From assembly GCA_963813715.1 (NCBI GenBank), contig CAWFAK010000005.1:544001-608000 (forward strand): 64,000 nucleotides of DNA. The letters are read 5' to 3'. A program made the position numbers and the translations under genes. The DNA comes from an uncultured Planctomycetaceae bacterium (GTDB lineage: Bacteria > Planctomycetota > Planctomycetia > Planctomycetales > Planctomycetaceae). Positions 1-12,359 of this stretch are shown one piece after another (position 1 is the first letter of the stretch; each line of letters opens with the position of its first letter). The notes under the pieces were generated by a model. The model saw only the letters and a list, made by a program, of their open reading frames with translations. It did no database searches and was not told the origin of the DNA.

Positions 1-53
1 GTTCCGGGTCGCGAGGTAGTTTCCCCATCTTGTGTTGATGACATCAGGGCGTG

Positions 54-467
54 TCATCCGACTATGTGGCTAAGCCAGTGCGGGGGCAGGCTGTACCGCG
101 TAACTCGGATAACCTTGAATGTGCTATCGAATGTGACGTCGATTCTGTCTCTCTCGCCAAACCCGCGGTATGAATATTCGTATTCGTGGGGTGGTTCCAT
201 TCCCATCGTGTTGGTGGTAATCGGAGGTCCAAGCAAGGCACTGACCTCGGCTGGCGTCATTCCAATCTTTACGCTTGCCATTTTGCGGGCGTTGATCTCT
301 TCGCCAGTGACGCTGCGCGTCGGATCCAAAACGTCAATAGGCATCCCGCCACGACGAGCGGTGTCAGGCATCCCACGGAGAGCAGCGTCCAGACCGCACG
401 CCCCCACCGCTTCTTGTCCGGCTTGTCGGTCAACGGGCGATCCCTCAAGTTGGGTTGATGAAATCAA
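54..467 (-). CDS. Small hypothetical protein with a SmpA/BamE-like segment; true start uncertain
   Basis: C-terminal half VKIGMTPAEVSALLGPP...YEYSY...IDVTFD resembles the SmpA_OmlA pattern GMt..eV..lLG.P. Confidence 0.45.
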   Translation of the reverse strand: MISSTQLEGSPVDRQAGQEAVGACGLDAALRGMPDTARRGGMPIDVLDPTRSVTGEEINARKMASVKIGMTPAEVSALLGPPITTNTMGMEPPHEYEYSYRGFGERDRIDVTFDSTFKVIRVTRYSLPPHWLSHIVG

Positions 468-570
468 ACTATTCGGGTGGAACCAACGGGAAGTTGCGCC
501 TGATCAGGCCGGATCGCCTTGACCCTCTCAAATAGCTCTTTGCCGGTCGGCAATTCGGCCCCCGGCCTTT

Positions 571-3500
571 TTAGTTCGGTTCGTAGCCCAGGTTGGGGCC
601 GAGCCAGCGTTCGATCTCGGGGATCGTCATGCCCTTGCGGGCGGCGTAGTTTTCGACCTGGTCGCGCGTGATGCGGTCGACCGAGAAGTAGCGGGCCTCG
701 GGATGGCCGAAGTAGAGCCCGCTCACGGCGGCGGCCGGCCACATCGCGAAGCTCTCGGTGAGGCGAATGCCCGTGTGCTCTTCCGCGTCGAGCAGGTCGA
801 AGAGCGTTCGCTTCTCGGTGTGATCGGGGCAGGCCGGGTAGCCGAAGGCCGGGCGGATGCCGCGGTATTTTTCCTCGAGCAGCTCGTCCTGCGACAGTTT
901 TTCCTCGCGGCCGTAGCCCCAATCGATTCGTGCCTGGCGATGCAGCACTTCGGCAAAGGCTTCGGCCAGCCGATCGGCGATCGCCTTGGTCATGATCGCC
1001 AGGTAATCGTCGTTCTGAGCCTCGAACTCGGCGACGAGCGCATCGCAGCCGATCCCGGTGGTCACCGCGAACGCGCCGAGGTAGTCCAAGCGGCCGCTGT
1101 CGAGCGGCGCGATGTAATCGGCCAGCGAGCGGAAATCAGACTGCCCCTTGCGCTCCCATTGCTGTCGCAGCATGGGAAAGCGGGCGATCGTCGTGCTGCG
1201 CGAGGCGTCGGCGTAAACGAGAATGTCGTCGTCCGCCGAATTGGCCGGCCAAAAGCCGTACACGCCCCGCGCCGTGAGCCGCTTCTCCGCGACGATCCGT
1301 TTGAGCAGGTCGCTGCGCATCGTCGTAGAGTTTTCGCGCCTCGCCTCCGACCCGGGGATCGTCGAAGATCGTGGGATACTTGCCGCGGAGCTCCCAAGTC
1401 TGGAAGAAGGGCGACCAGTCGATGTAGGGAACGAGCTTTTCGAGGGGCTCCGGATCGAGGAACCGCAGCCCGAGAAATGCCGGCTCGTCGATCCTCACGC
1501 TGGCCCAATCGGTCGCGAAACGGCGGGCCAAGGCGTCGGCGTAGGGCACCAGAGTTCTTTGCTGCCGATCGGCAAACTGTGTGCGGTCCCGCTCCTGGGC
1601 GTCGGTATTCTTCTGGATGAAGTCGGCCCGCTTGTCCGGATCGAGCAGGTTCTCGACCACCGGCACCGAGACCGACGCATCGAGCGAATGAACCACCGGC
1701 TGCGCGTAGCTCGGCGCGATCCGCACGGCCGTATGCTTCGCGCTCGTCGTCGCTCCGCCGATCAAGAGCGGCATCGTCATTCCGCGGCGCTGCATCTCTT
1801 TGGCGACGTGGACCATTTCGTCGAGCGATGGCGTAATCAGCCCGCTCAGGCCGACAAAATCGGCCTTGTGTTCGACGGCCGCGTCGAGAATCTTGTCGGT
1901 CGGGACCATCACGCCCAGATCGATCACCTCGAAATTGTTGCAGCGGAGCACGACCCCGACGATGTTTTTGCCGATGTCGTGCACGTCGCCCTTCACGGTC
2001 GCCATGATGATGGTACCGCGGTGCTGCGGGCCTTCGGCCTGCTCTTTTTCGGCCTCCATGAAGGGTGTGAGGTAAGCCACCGCCTTCTTCATCACGCGGG
2101 CGCTCTTCACGACTTGCGGCAGGAACATGCGTCCCGAGCCGAACAACTCGCCGACGACGCCCATCCCCTTCATGAGGGGCCCTTGAATGACTTTGAGCGG
2201 ACGGCCGAGAGCGACGCGGGCCTCCTCTGTGTCGGCCTCGATGTAGTCGACGATCCCGTTGACGAGCGCGTGGCTCAGCCGGTCTTCGATCGGAGCCTTC
2301 CGCCAGGCTTCGTCCTTCTCGACGACTTTGTCCTTGGCGACCACCGTTTCGGCGAACGCCACCAATCGCTCGGTCGCGTCGGGCCGACGATTGAAGAGGA
2401 CGTCTTCGACGTGGCAGAGCAGGTCCTTGTCGATCTCTTCGTAGACATCGAGCTGACCGGCATTGACGATTCCCATGTCGAGGCCGGCTTTGATCGCGTG
2501 GTACAGAAAGGCCGCATTCATCGCGCGGCGGACCGGCTCGTTGCCGCGGAATGAAAACGAAACGTTGCTCACGCCGCCCGACGTTTTCGCGCCGGGGCAT
2601 TCCCGCTTGATCTGCTTCAGCGACTCGATGTATTCGACGGCGTAGTTGGCGTGCTCCTCGATGCCCGTGCCGACCGTCAGAATGTTGGGATCGAAGATCA
2701 CATCCTCGGGCGGGAAGCCGACTTCGTCAGTGAGCAGTTTGAACGCGCGCTTGGCGATCGCCACCTTGCGGTCGACGCTGACGGCTTGCCCCTCTTCGTC
2801 GAAGGCCATCACGACCGTGGCCGCCCCATAGCGGCGGACGAGCCGGGCCTGCCGCAGAAACGATTCTTCTCCCTCTTTCAGGCTGATCGAATTGACGATG
2901 CTCTTGCCCTGCACGCACTTGAGGCCCGACTCGATGACCGACCACTTCGAGCTATCGATCATCACGGGAATGCGGGCGATGTCGGGCTCGGCGGCAATCA
3001 GGTTGAGGAACGTGGCCATGGCCTTCTCGCCGTCGAGCAAGGCCTCGTCCATATTGATGTCGAGGACGTTGGCCCCGCTGGCGACCTGATCGCGGGCCAC
3101 TTCGAGCGCCGCGTCGTAGTCGCCCGAGCGGACCAGCCGCGCGAATTTTTTCGAGCCGGTGACGTTGGTCCGTTCGCCGACAATCACGAAATTGCTCTCG
3201 GGCAGGAGCGTGAGGGGCTCCAACCCGCTGAACCGCGAATAAGGAGCGACGCGGGGCCGCCGGCGCGGAGGCAGATCCTGCACCGCGTCGGCGATCACGC
3301 GGATGTGCGCGGGGGTCGTGCCGCAGCAACCGCCGACGATATTCAGCCAGCCGTTTTCGGCGAACTCCGACAACAGTCGGCCCATGTACTCGGGCGTCTC
3401 ATCGTACGCGCCGAATTCGTTCGGCAGGCCGGCATTCGGATGGCAGCTGACAAAGCACGGCGCGATCCGCGCCAATTCCTCTACATAGGGCCGCATGCGA

Positions 3501-4271
3501 TCCGCGCCGAGGGCGCAGTTGAGCCCCACGCTCAGCGCCGGGAAATGCGCGACCGAATTCCAGAACGCCTCGACCGTTTGGCCCGACAGCGTGCGGCCGC
3601 TGGCGTCGGTGATCGTGGCGGAGATCATCACCGGTAGCGTGATGCCGCGATCGTCGAAGACCTGCGAGATGCCGAACAGGCACGCCTTGAGGTTGAGCGT
3701 GTCGAACGTCGTCTCGGGAAACAGGATGTCGACGCCGCCGTCGATCAGCGCTTCGACTTGCTCGCTGTAGGACGCGACCAGTTGATCAAAGGTCACCGCA
3801 CGGAAGCCCGGGTCGTTGACATCGGGGGACAACGACGCGGCCCGGCTCGTTGGGCCAATGCTGCCGGCCACGAACCGAGGCTTGTCTGGATTGCGTTCGG
3901 TAAATTCGTCGGCGACGCGACCGCGCGATCTGGGCGGCGGCCCGATTGATCGCCTTTACAGCGCTCTCGAGCTGATACTCGGCCATCGAGATCGAGGTCG
4001 AGTTGAACGTGTTGGTCTCGACGATGTCGGCCCCGGCCTCGAAATACTGCCGATGGATGTCCTCGATGATGTCCGGGCGCGTCAGGCTCAAGAGATCGTT
4101 GCAGCCCCGCAGCTCTTTCGGGTGATTGGCGAACTGCGTGCCGCGAAAGTCGGCTTCTTCCAGCTGATGCGCCTGAATCATCGTCCCCATCGCGCCGTCG
4201 AGCACGAGGATCCGCGTGAGCAGCAGTTCCTCGAGGCGGGCGATTGCGGGGGTGGGGGTTGAGACAGACAT
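571..4271 (-). CDS. metH: Cobalamin-dependent methionine synthase, split into 3 ORFs by 2 frameshifts (~3920, ~1315)
   Basis: [14 protein letters not shown]-terminus; [15 protein letters not shown] pterin domain; [11 protein letters not shown]12-binding motif; C-terminal [12 protein letters not shown] activation domain. Confidence 0.97.
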
Positions 4272-4333
4272 CAGAAGGATCTCAGACTAGAACCGGCGGG
4301 CTGATCCGCCGCGGCGGACCGCTCGCCAGTTTG

Positions 4334-5227
4334 CTAGGAACGATGCAGCTCTCGCGTGGGAGACAATCCCAGATCCTCGAGGATCGTCTCACAGGCCTTC
4401 GAGCGGTTGAGCACATAAAAGTGGATGCCCGGCACGCCGGCGCGAAGCAGTTCGCGACACTGCCGGATCGCGTGTTCCACGCCGATCTCGAACTGTGCCT
4501 CCGTGTCGTTTTGCGCGGCTTCCAGGCGCTGTCCCAGCTCTTGCGGAATGCTCGCGCCGCACATGCCGGTGATCCGCTTGATCCGCGAAAACTCCGTGAT
4601 CGGCATGATGCCCGGAATCAGCGGCACCTTGATGCCAAGGCGGTGATAGCGGTCGCGAAAATCGAAAAAACTGTCGTTGGAATAGAACAGCTGCGTGAAA
4701 ACGGCGTCGGCCCCGGCCTCAACCTTGCGCTTAAGATTGGCCAGATCCGTTTCGCAATCGGAGCATTCTTGATGCTTCTCGGGATAACCCGCGACTCCAA
4801 TGCCGATGTTCGGGTGACGTTTCCGAATCAGGGCGACCAGCTCGTTTGCATAGTGCAAACCGCCGGGGGCCGGCCGAAAGGTCGTTTCGCCAGCCGGCGG
4901 ATCGCCCCGAAGGGCCATGATGTTCTGAATGTTGTTCTGGGTGGCCTGGTCCAGCCACTCTTCGATTTCCGCGATCGAACCTCCCAGACAGGTGAAGTGC
5001 GCCGTGGCTGTGAGGCCGAATCGCTTTTGGATGTTGACGCACAAGTCGATGGTCCGCGTGCGGGTGGTCCCCCCCGCGCCGTAGGTGCAGGAGACAAACA
5101 CGGGATCGTATGGGGCCAGTCGTTCCAGGGCGCGACCCAGGCTTTCATCCCCGTCCGCCGACTTGGGCGGGAAGATCTCAATCGACACGCCGCAACGGCC
5201 GGCTTGATACATGTCTCGGATACGCAT
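4334..5227 (-). CDS. metF: 5,10-methylenetetrahydrofolate reductase
   Basis: [51 protein letters not shown] motifs; directly upstream of metH. Confidence 0.96.
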   Translation of the reverse strand: MRIRDMYQAGRCGVSIEIFPPKSADGDESLGRALERLAPYDPVFVSCTYGAGGTTRTRTIDLCVNIQKRFGLTATAHFTCLGGSIAEIEEWLDQATQNNIQNIMALRGDPPAGETTFRPAPGGLHYANELVALIRKRHPNIGIGVAGYPEKHQECSDCETDLANLKRKVEAGADAVFTQLFYSNDSFFDFRDRYHRLGIKVPLIPGIMPITEFSRIKRITGMCGASIPQELGQRLEAAQNDTEAQFEIGVEHAIRQCRELLRAGVPGIHFYVLNRSKACETILEDLGLSPTRELHRS

Positions 5228-5281
5228 CGACCGATCGACCTCTGCCGGAAAGGCAACCCCTGGCTTGGTGGGTCCGGCGAC

Positions 5282-5329
5282 AAAAATGGGACGGGCCGAC
5301 CGTCCCTGCTCCATGCCCTTCAAAGTATA
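5282..5329 (-). promoter_or_regulatory. Candidate -10 box (TATACT, 5324-5329) followed by a GC hairpin and T-tract in the metF leader
   Basis: Minus strand reads TATACT...GGGACGG-TCGGC-CCGTCCC-ATTTTT about 55-100 nt before the metF ATG. Confidence 0.3.
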
Positions 5330-5468
5330 GCTGAGAGCTCATACGCATGACACGGGAAGTCGTGTGCAGGATCGGACTTCGGACGGTTGAGCCGCGGACG
5401 CCGGTGCGACTTGTCGCCTCTGGAGGGCTCTGTGAAGATACAAGCTCCAACTTCACCGGGAGACTCCC

Positions 5469-6875
5469 TTGCTTGCGATCGCGATCCCGACTGTCGTCCT
5501 GGCCGTATTGTCCGGTTCGTTGCCCGCCGAACAGGGGGCGATCGAACTGCGCTATCGCGGCACTTTTTCCAAAGCCTCACGCGATGCCGAGCCAACGGGC
5601 GAACCGGTCAAGCGGTTTGACCTCTACTGCCTCTCAACGCCGCGGAACGAAGGGGGCCGCGAGCTGGCCTTCGTTCTCGATGAGCAGGGAGGCGGCGGCT
5701 GGCCGTGGCCGGCTCGTTTTGGCACGATCGCCCTCGACGCGAAGCTTCGACCCGCCAGAAACCGATTGCGTCTCCTGCACGAGCACAACGGGACCCCCTA
5801 CGTCCTCGCTCTCCCCGTCCCCTATTTTGAATTCTTCGACCGGCTGGCCAAGGACGGCCGTTGGGAGGCACCGCGGGCTGCTGAGCTGCCCAACCAAAAC
5901 GATCCGGCGCCGTGGAAGTATCGGGTTTCTGCCCGAACCAAGGTCGGCGCCCGCGACTGTTGGCGAGTCGACGTCTCCAATAATTTCGGCCCACAGGAAT
6001 CGCTGTGGATCGCCGTCGATCAGCCGCTCCTGGTCAAAGCGGAACGACGCTTCGTTATCGGCCGGGGCGAGGTTCACCTCTTGAAGGTCGAACTCGACTC
6101 AATCACTCCGATGAACGAGGAGAGGCTGGCCCGCGTGCGGCGACCGTTCGACGGTCTGCTCAAACTGCAACGGCAACTCAAACGGGCTGAAGACGACCAG
6201 TCGGCCGAGTTGAGCGAGGCTCAACTCAAGCTCATCGCTGAGCAAGTGAAGACGCTCGAGTCGCAGGCCGAGAGCACCCCCTTCGAGGGGCTGGTGGCCA
6301 CGATCATTCGCGACGTCAACTCGCAGTCACGCCGCTCGGACGACGTGGACAGCCTGGCCCGGCGGATGACCGGCAAGGCGGCTCCGGCGATCCGGCTGAA
6401 AACGCTCGAGGGCGAGGCCGTTCCGGCAGCCGATTTGGCGGGCAAAATCGTCCTGCTCCACTTCTGGACTTACCAGGGCGACCCGTTTCCGCCCGAGCCA
6501 TACGGACAGGTCGGGTTCCTCGATTACTTGTATCATCGCCGCAACAAATTGGGTCTGCGTGTTTACGGCGTGGCGATCGACTCGAGGATCGCCGACCGCG
6601 GGCAGCTGCCGGCCGTCGCGCGGTCCGTCCGCAAACTGCAAAGCTTCATGAATCTGACTTACCCGGTGGTCGTCGACGATGGGACGCTCGAAAAGCTCGG
6701 CGACCCGGAGCGTGTCGGAGCCAAGCTGCCGCTTTGGGTGTTGATCGATCCCAAGGGAACTGTCGTGCAATACAAGGTGGGCAACTACGTCATCAAAGCC
6801 GACGAAGGACTTTCACAACTCGACCAAGCGATCCTGGACCTGATCAAGAAGCAGAAGGCCGAGACCGCAAAGTAA
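5469..6875 (+). CDS. Exported protein with a C-terminal TlpA/peroxiredoxin-like thioredoxin fold lacking CXXC
   Basis: Signal-like N-terminus; APAIRLKTLEG...LAGKIVLLHFW...YPVVVD...LPLWVLIDPKGTV. Confidence 0.8.
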   Translation: MLAIAIPTVVLAVLSGSLPAEQGAIELRYRGTFSKASRDAEPTGEPVKRFDLYCLSTPRNEGGRELAFVLDEQGGGGWPWPARFGTIALDAKLRPARNRLRLLHEHNGTPYVLALPVPYFEFFDRLAKDGRWEAPRAAELPNQNDPAPWKYRVSARTKVGARDCWRVDVSNNFGPQESLWIAVDQPLLVKAERRFVIGRGEVHLLKVELDSITPMNEERLARVRRPFDGLLKLQRQLKRAEDDQSAELSEAQLKLIAEQVKTLESQAESTPFEGLVATIIRDVNSQSRRSDDVDSLARRMTGKAAPAIRLKTLEGEAVPAADLAGKIVLLHFWTYQGDPFPPEPYGQVGFLDYLYHRRNKLGLRVYGVAIDSRIADRGQLPAVARSVRKLQSFMNLTYPVVVDDGTLEKLGDPERVGAKLPLWVLIDPKGTVVQYKVGNYVIKADEGLSQLDQAILDLIKKQKAETAK

Positions 6876-7120
6876 CCGACCGTGCAGTCGGGTTCGAACG
6901 CGATCTTCCGCAAGCCGTCGGTTGGCTCGGAGAAGTGTTCACAAAGACAGCAAGTGAGGCACGCTCGCGCGCCTGAGACCGCCTCTTGCCTGACCACCGA
7001 CCACCGATACACTGGATAGACGGAACAAAATGGAGTGGCACTCGGCCGGCTCTGGCGGGTCGTTTGCTGGCTAGCTGTTGAGACTGGGGCCAACGGGCCC
7101 ACTTTGGACTGACCGGGACA

Positions 7121-7705
7121 ATGGACTCCGGGTACCTCGCGATTCTGCTGCTCGTCGTCGGCCTCGCGCTGATTGTCTGCGAGGTCTTTATTCCGTCAGC
7201 GGGGCTCATTGCGGCCCTCGCCACGCTGTGCATCGCCGGCTCGGTCGCCTCGGCCTGGAGCGCCTGGGCCTCCAGCAGCCCGACCTACTTCGCACTCTAC
7301 GCTCTGGCGCTGTTGCTGCTGATTCCGTCGGCAATCAGCGGTGCCTTTTACATGCTGCCGCGGACTGCATTTGGCCGTAAGGTGCTGTTGGAAGCCCCCG
7401 ACCTCGACGAAGTGACCCCCTACCAGGAAGAGCAGCGGCAATTGTTGCGGCTGGTCGGCCACGTCGGAAAAACTCTCACCTTGCTCAATCCGGGCGGACT
7501 CATGGAAGTGGACGGCACGCGTCAACACTGTGAGAGCGAGGGCATGCTGCTCGAAGCGGGCACGCCGGTCGAAGTTGTGGCTGTTAAAGGGGCCCGCATC
7601 GTAGTCCGACCAGTCGAGCATCCCCACGAACCGCCGGGTGTTGCGGAAGACAAACGCGCACCGTCGGCCGGCGACTCGCTCGATTTTGATTTGCCGCGCG
7701 GTTGA
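7121..7705 (+). CDS. NfeD-family membrane protein (short form)
   Basis: TM segment with EVFIPSAGLI; C-terminal OB-like GKTLTLLNPGG..VDG...GTPVEVVAVKGARIVV. Confidence 0.85.
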   Translation: MDSGYLAILLLVVGLALIVCEVFIPSAGLIAALATLCIAGSVASAWSAWASSSPTYFALYALALLLLIPSAISGAFYMLPRTAFGRKVLLEAPDLDEVTPYQEEQRQLLRLVGHVGKTLTLLNPGGLMEVDGTRQHCESEGMLLEAGTPVEVVAVKGARIVVRPVEHPHEPPGVAEDKRAPSAGDSLDFDLPRG

Positions 7706-7742
7706 TTCGGCCCTCCTAGCCTGCGCTGAGGACGCTCCGCGG

Positions 7743-8557
7743 TCACCGCGGCAACGTCGCGTCCATCGGCTGGGGTTTTGCCAGCGGGCGAATGAAGAAA
7801 TCGTACAAGAAGGCGCCCAGCACGCCGCCCGCCAGCGGACCGACGATTGGCACCCACCACCAGCCAAAGTAGTTGGGGTCGCCCGCCTGGAACACGGCCC
7901 TCCCCCAGCCCGCCATGGCGGTAAATAACCGCGGACCGAAATCGCGGGCCGGATTGATCGCGTAGCCGCAGTTGAAGCCGAACGTCATGCCGATCAGCAC
8001 GACCAATGCCCCGATACAGATCGGGGCCAGATTCGAGGGACGCCGATATTCTTCGCATCGGTGATGCCGAAGATGCAGGCGACCAAGAGGGCCGTGCCGA
8101 CAACCTGGTCGATCAGCCCCCCAGGAACCGTACTCAAGTGCGGCGAGGGATAGGTGGCGAAGATGCCAGCTGTCGCCGTGTCGCTGCCGAACCCTGGGAC
8201 CGTCCGCACTCCCAAGTCGAAAGCCCCCATCGCCTCGACGTAGACCAGATAGGTCACGGCGGCTGCGGCAAAGGCACCGGCGACCTGCACAACGCAATAG
8301 GGGATGACCTTCCCCCAAGCCAGTTTTTTCTGGACGGCCAGGGCCAGACTGATCGCCGGGTTCAGGTGCGCCCCGGAAATTCCGCCGGCCACATAGACGC
8401 CCATCATCACCCCCAGGCCCCAGCCCAGGTTGATCGACAAGTACTGGCCGTTTTGCTGCTTGCTGAGAATGACTTGGGCGTCGACGGCCGTGCCGAAGAC
8501 GACCAGGATGAAAGTGCCGAAGAACTCCGCCGCCAGTTCCCGCGTTAGGCCCCGCAT
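7743..8557 (-). CDS. glpF: MIP-family aquaglyceroporin (GlpF type), one frameshift near 8040
   Basis: [29 protein letters not shown] and second motif [13 protein letters not shown] (the NPARD glycerol-facilitator signature). Confidence 0.9.
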
Positions 8558-8895
8558 CCTCGCATCCCCCTTGCGCAGTAAGTCTGTGAAGGTGCGGTGA
8601 CCCCATGGCTCCCGCAGACACGCAAGCGCAGTCGCACCGGCACGAGCCGCTGTTTCGCGTCCGATTATGGACGCGAATCGACCGAGACTGCAAATGCAAA
8701 ATCTCGGTCCGGGTGTTTTTGACTCTCCGCCGCCCGGTTTTCGTGCGACGGCGACACCCGCAGCTCGCCGGGGTCGCATTCACTGGCAGAATTAATCACA
8801 CGCCACTAGCATCCGCAGAAGGCGGCCAAGCGAAGCGAGCAAACCCAACTCAGCGAGCGGTGAACGCGAGCAAAATCCACTCTGCGAGCCCCTTT

Positions 8896-9727
8896 ATGCC
8901 ACCCCGCGTCTGCGTCCTGCGAGCACCCGGCACCAATTGCGACGTGGAAACCGCGTTCGCCTTTGAGACGGCCGGCGGCTTGCCCGAGCGCGTGCACCTG
9001 TTCCGCCTGCTCGAGCGGCCCGAGCTCTTGGACGACTTCCAGATCGTTTGTGTCCCCGGCGGATTTAGCTACGGCGACGACATCGGGGCCGGCGTGATCT
9101 TCTCGCGTCAACTCCGCGGCCGACTGGGAGAAGCGCTGGGGCGATTCCTCGCTGCCGACAAACTGATGCTGGGCATTTGCAACGGCTTCCAGGTACTGCT
9201 GAAGGCGGGCATCTTGCCGGGGGGCGGCTCGGCGTGGCCGTCTTCGGCCGAAGAACCGCCCGATGCCACGCTCACCTGGAACCTCAACGGCAAGTACACG
9301 GCCGACCTGGGTCCGACTGAAGGTCGAGGCGCCCGGCAACGTCTTTCTGCGGGGCATCGACGAGATCGAGCTGCCCATCGCTCATGCCGAGGGGCGAATC
9401 GTCGTTCGCTCTGCGGACGTGTTAAAAGCATGGCGCGATCAGGCGCAGATCGCGCTCCGCTATCGCCCCAATCCGAGCGATAGCGAAACCGAATCAGTTT
9501 CCGGCTCCGACGGCGATTCCCTGTTGCCGTATCCAGACAATCCCAACGGCTCGACTGCGAACATTGCGGCCCTCGGCGATCCGAGCGGCCGCATCCTGGG
9601 ATTGATGCCGCACCCCGAGCGGTTTTTGCACTCGACGCAACACCCGCAATGGACTCGCCGTTGCGCGACGAGCGGTCCCGGAGCCGGACTCAAGCTCTTC
9701 CAGAACGCTGTCGCGTATTTTGGCTGA
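8896..9727 (+). CDS. purQ: Phosphoribosylformylglycinamidine synthase glutaminase subunit, one frameshift near 9300
   Basis: LRAPGTNCD, PGGFSYGD, GICNGFQ, PIAHAEG, NPNGS, GLMPHPER. Confidence 0.95.
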
Positions 9728-9901
9728 GCGAGCCCGCGGGGATTCTGCGTGCCGGAACTCTCGGGCGAAATGCAATTTAGGGCAAATTGCCAACCCGCTC
9801 CCGAATGGCCCGATCCATCGTGTCGCGAGGGCCGTTGTCTATAATTGTTCCAGCGAATCGGTCCTCTCGACGTAGTGAGAGTGACCGCTGCCTGTTTGGA
9901 G

Positions 9902-10621
9902 ATGTCGATGTTTTTCCATCTGTTCGATCCGATGTATTTCGTGTTTGTCGCCCCGGCCCTCGTGCTGATGCTGTTTGCCCAGTTCTGGGTGAAACGCGCC
10001 TATGCGGTCGGCATGCAGATTCCCGCCCGCCTGTCCGGCGCGGCGGCCGCCCGTTACATCCTGGACGAAGCCGGCTGCCAGGACGTGGCCATCGAGGAGG
10101 TGCCGGGCACGCTCTCGGATCACTACGACCCGCGCTCGCGCGTGCTGCGGCTTTCTAGCGACATATACCGCTCACGGACGGCGACCGCGGTCGGCATCGC
10201 CGCGCACGAGTCGGGCCACGCGCTGCAGCATGCGCACAACTGGATGCCGCTGATCATCCGGAATGCGGCCGTGCCCGCGGCCACGTTCGGCGGCGCCGCC
10301 TTCTCGGTGCTGTTCTTCGGGGGCGTGATCATCTCAATGTTTTTCCGCAATCCGCACCTGGGCATCAACCTGATGCTCTTGGGCGTACTCTTGTACTGCG
10401 GAGTGCTGGTCTTTCAGCTGATCAACCTGCCGGTCGAGTTCGACGCGAGCGCGCGGGCCAAGCGGATTCTGGCCAATTACCAGATCGTTGACGGCGACGG
10501 TGCGGTTGCCGTCAATCGCGTGCTCAATGCGGCCGCTCTGACCTATGTCGCGGCGATGCTGCTGACGCTGCTCGAAATCGCGTACTACCTGTTCCGCATT
10601 CTGGGCAGCCAGCGGAACTAG
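9902..10621 (+). CDS. Membrane zinc metallopeptidase (YugP / Zn_peptidase_2 type)
   Basis: LSDHYDP, AAHESGHALQ (HExxH), LPVEFDASARA, AAALTYVAA. Confidence 0.92.
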   Translation: MSMFFHLFDPMYFVFVAPALVLMLFAQFWVKRAYAVGMQIPARLSGAAAARYILDEAGCQDVAIEEVPGTLSDHYDPRSRVLRLSSDIYRSRTATAVGIAAHESGHALQHAHNWMPLIIRNAAVPAATFGGAAFSVLFFGGVIISMFFRNPHLGINLMLLGVLLYCGVLVFQLINLPVEFDASARAKRILANYQIVDGDGAVAVNRVLNAAALTYVAAMLLTLLEIAYYLFRILGSQRN

Positions 10622-10720
10622 GCGCAGCTTTTACCGGTGGACGGGGCTTCGGGTACACTGAAAGCGACGCGTTGACGCTGCGCGTTTGCCTTCTCCCACC
10701 CCGTTCAGGAGCCCGCCCCG

Positions 10721-12147
10721 GTGAGCACTCGCAAGATCTCCGATTCCAATTCTTCCGCTAACTGCTCCTCGACCCGCCGCCACTTCTTGAAATCATCGGC
10801 CGCCGCCGCGGCCGACTGCGCCGTTCTGGTTTTCGACGGCCGAAAACCCGGCTAAGGCCTTTCAGGGACCGAGCAATCGCCATGTGCTGGGCTGCATCGG
10901 CACGGGCAGCCGCTGGGAGGGAGACGACGGGCCGCGAGCGATGAAGTACGCCGACTGCGTGGCGGTCTGCGACGTCGACGCCGGTCACGCCGACAAAGGC
11001 CGCGCGATCGTCGAAAAAGTGATGTCCAAAAAGGGGCGCAGCGCGAAGCCCGACGTCTACGGCGACTATCGCCGCATTCTCGATCGCAAGGACATCGACG
11101 TCGTCACGATCGTCACGCCCGACCACTGGCATACCAAGATCGCCATCGAAGCGATGCAGGCCGGCAAAGACCTTTATTGCGAGAAGCCGCTGACTCTGAC
11201 CATCGACGAGGGGAAGCAGATCATCAAGGTGCTCGACCAGACCAAGCGCGTGTTTCAGGTCGGCACGCAGCAGCGGAGCGAGATGCACCTCAACTTCTTG
11301 AAAGCGGTGGCCATGGTCCGCGACGGGCGGATCGGCAAGGTGAAGCGGGCGATCTGCGATATCGGCGGCGCGCCGACGAGCCAGACACTCGACCGCATGC
11401 CGGCTCCCCAAGGACTCGATTGGGATATGTGGCTCGGTCAGGCGCCGAAAGTCGACTACATGGAGAAGACGCGTCGGCAAGGATCTCGAGACCCGCTGCC
11501 ACTACGAATTTCGCTGGTGGTACGAGTACTCGGGCGGCAAGCTGACCGACTGGGGGGCCCATCATGTCGACATCGCCCAATGGGCGATCACCGGCGACGA
11601 AATGGCCCACACGGGGCCGCACACCATCGAGCCAGTGCACTACGTGCATCCGGTCCCGTTCAAAAACGGGTACCCGACCGTCAACAACCGCTACAACACA
11701 GCCACCGAATTCACCGTGCGCTGCGAGTTTGCCGACGGCGTCGAGATCGTGATCAAGAATCACGTCCCCGAGGGGAACGGCATCGTCTTCGAGGGGACGA
11801 ACGGACGCTTCCACGTCGGCCGCGGTCGCGAATCGCTCTTCGGCGAGCCGGTGGACGAACTCAAGTCCAAGCCGCTGCCGCCGGCCCTGATCACCGAACT
11901 CTACAAGGGGAAAAAGCCCGGCGATCACATGCGGAACTTCTTCGAGTGCGTCAAGACTCGCGAGCAGCCGGTCTCGGACGTCTACTCGCATCACCGCGCG
12001 ATCACGACCTGCCACCTGGCTAATATCGCCATGCGATTGGGTCGCACGATCAAGTGGGACCCGAAGGCCGAGCAGATCGTGGGCGACGCCGAGGCCCAGC
12101 AGTGGCAATCGCGTGAACAGCGGAAAGGCTACGAGATTCGGGTCTGA
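10721..12147 (+). CDS. Tat-exported Gfo/Idh/MocA oxidoreductase, frameshifted
   Basis: GTG after AGGAG; RRHFLKSS twin-arginine segment; TPDHWH, YCEKP, QVGTQQRS, DWDMWLG; C-terminal CHLANIA..LGR.IKWDP. Confidence 0.9.
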
Positions 12148-12176
12148 ACCGGGTCTATTTCCGATCGAGGGCCGCG

Positions 12177-12359
12177 TTAATTCGCGCGACCAAGATCCTC
12201 GAGCGGCCCTTTCACCTGTCTCTGGTTGGTCGGCCCGTTGGACGATTCCGAGATCGAGACGGTGACTGCACCCTCTTTCTCGGGCCACACCGCCGTAATG
12301 AATGAAGGGTTCACAAAGAACTTTTCGCCGGACGTCGGCTGAATGTCGATAAGGCGCAT
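12177..12359 (-). CDS. Small hypothetical protein, weakly FlbD-like
   Basis: GGAG before ATG; MRLIDIQPTSGEKFFVNPSFITAV...VKGPLED. Confidence 0.45.
   Translation of the reverse strand: MRLIDIQPTSGEKFFVNPSFITAVWPEKEGAVTVSISESSNGPTNQRQVKGPLEDLGRAN

Noticed and set aside
571..4271. Programmed frameshifting or split-gene metH
   Set aside because: No slippery-site pattern, and similar breaks occur throughout the window
5228..5468. Known SAM/SAH/cobalamin riboswitch
   Set aside because: Conserved aptamer cores were not recognisable; kept only as a weak leader observation
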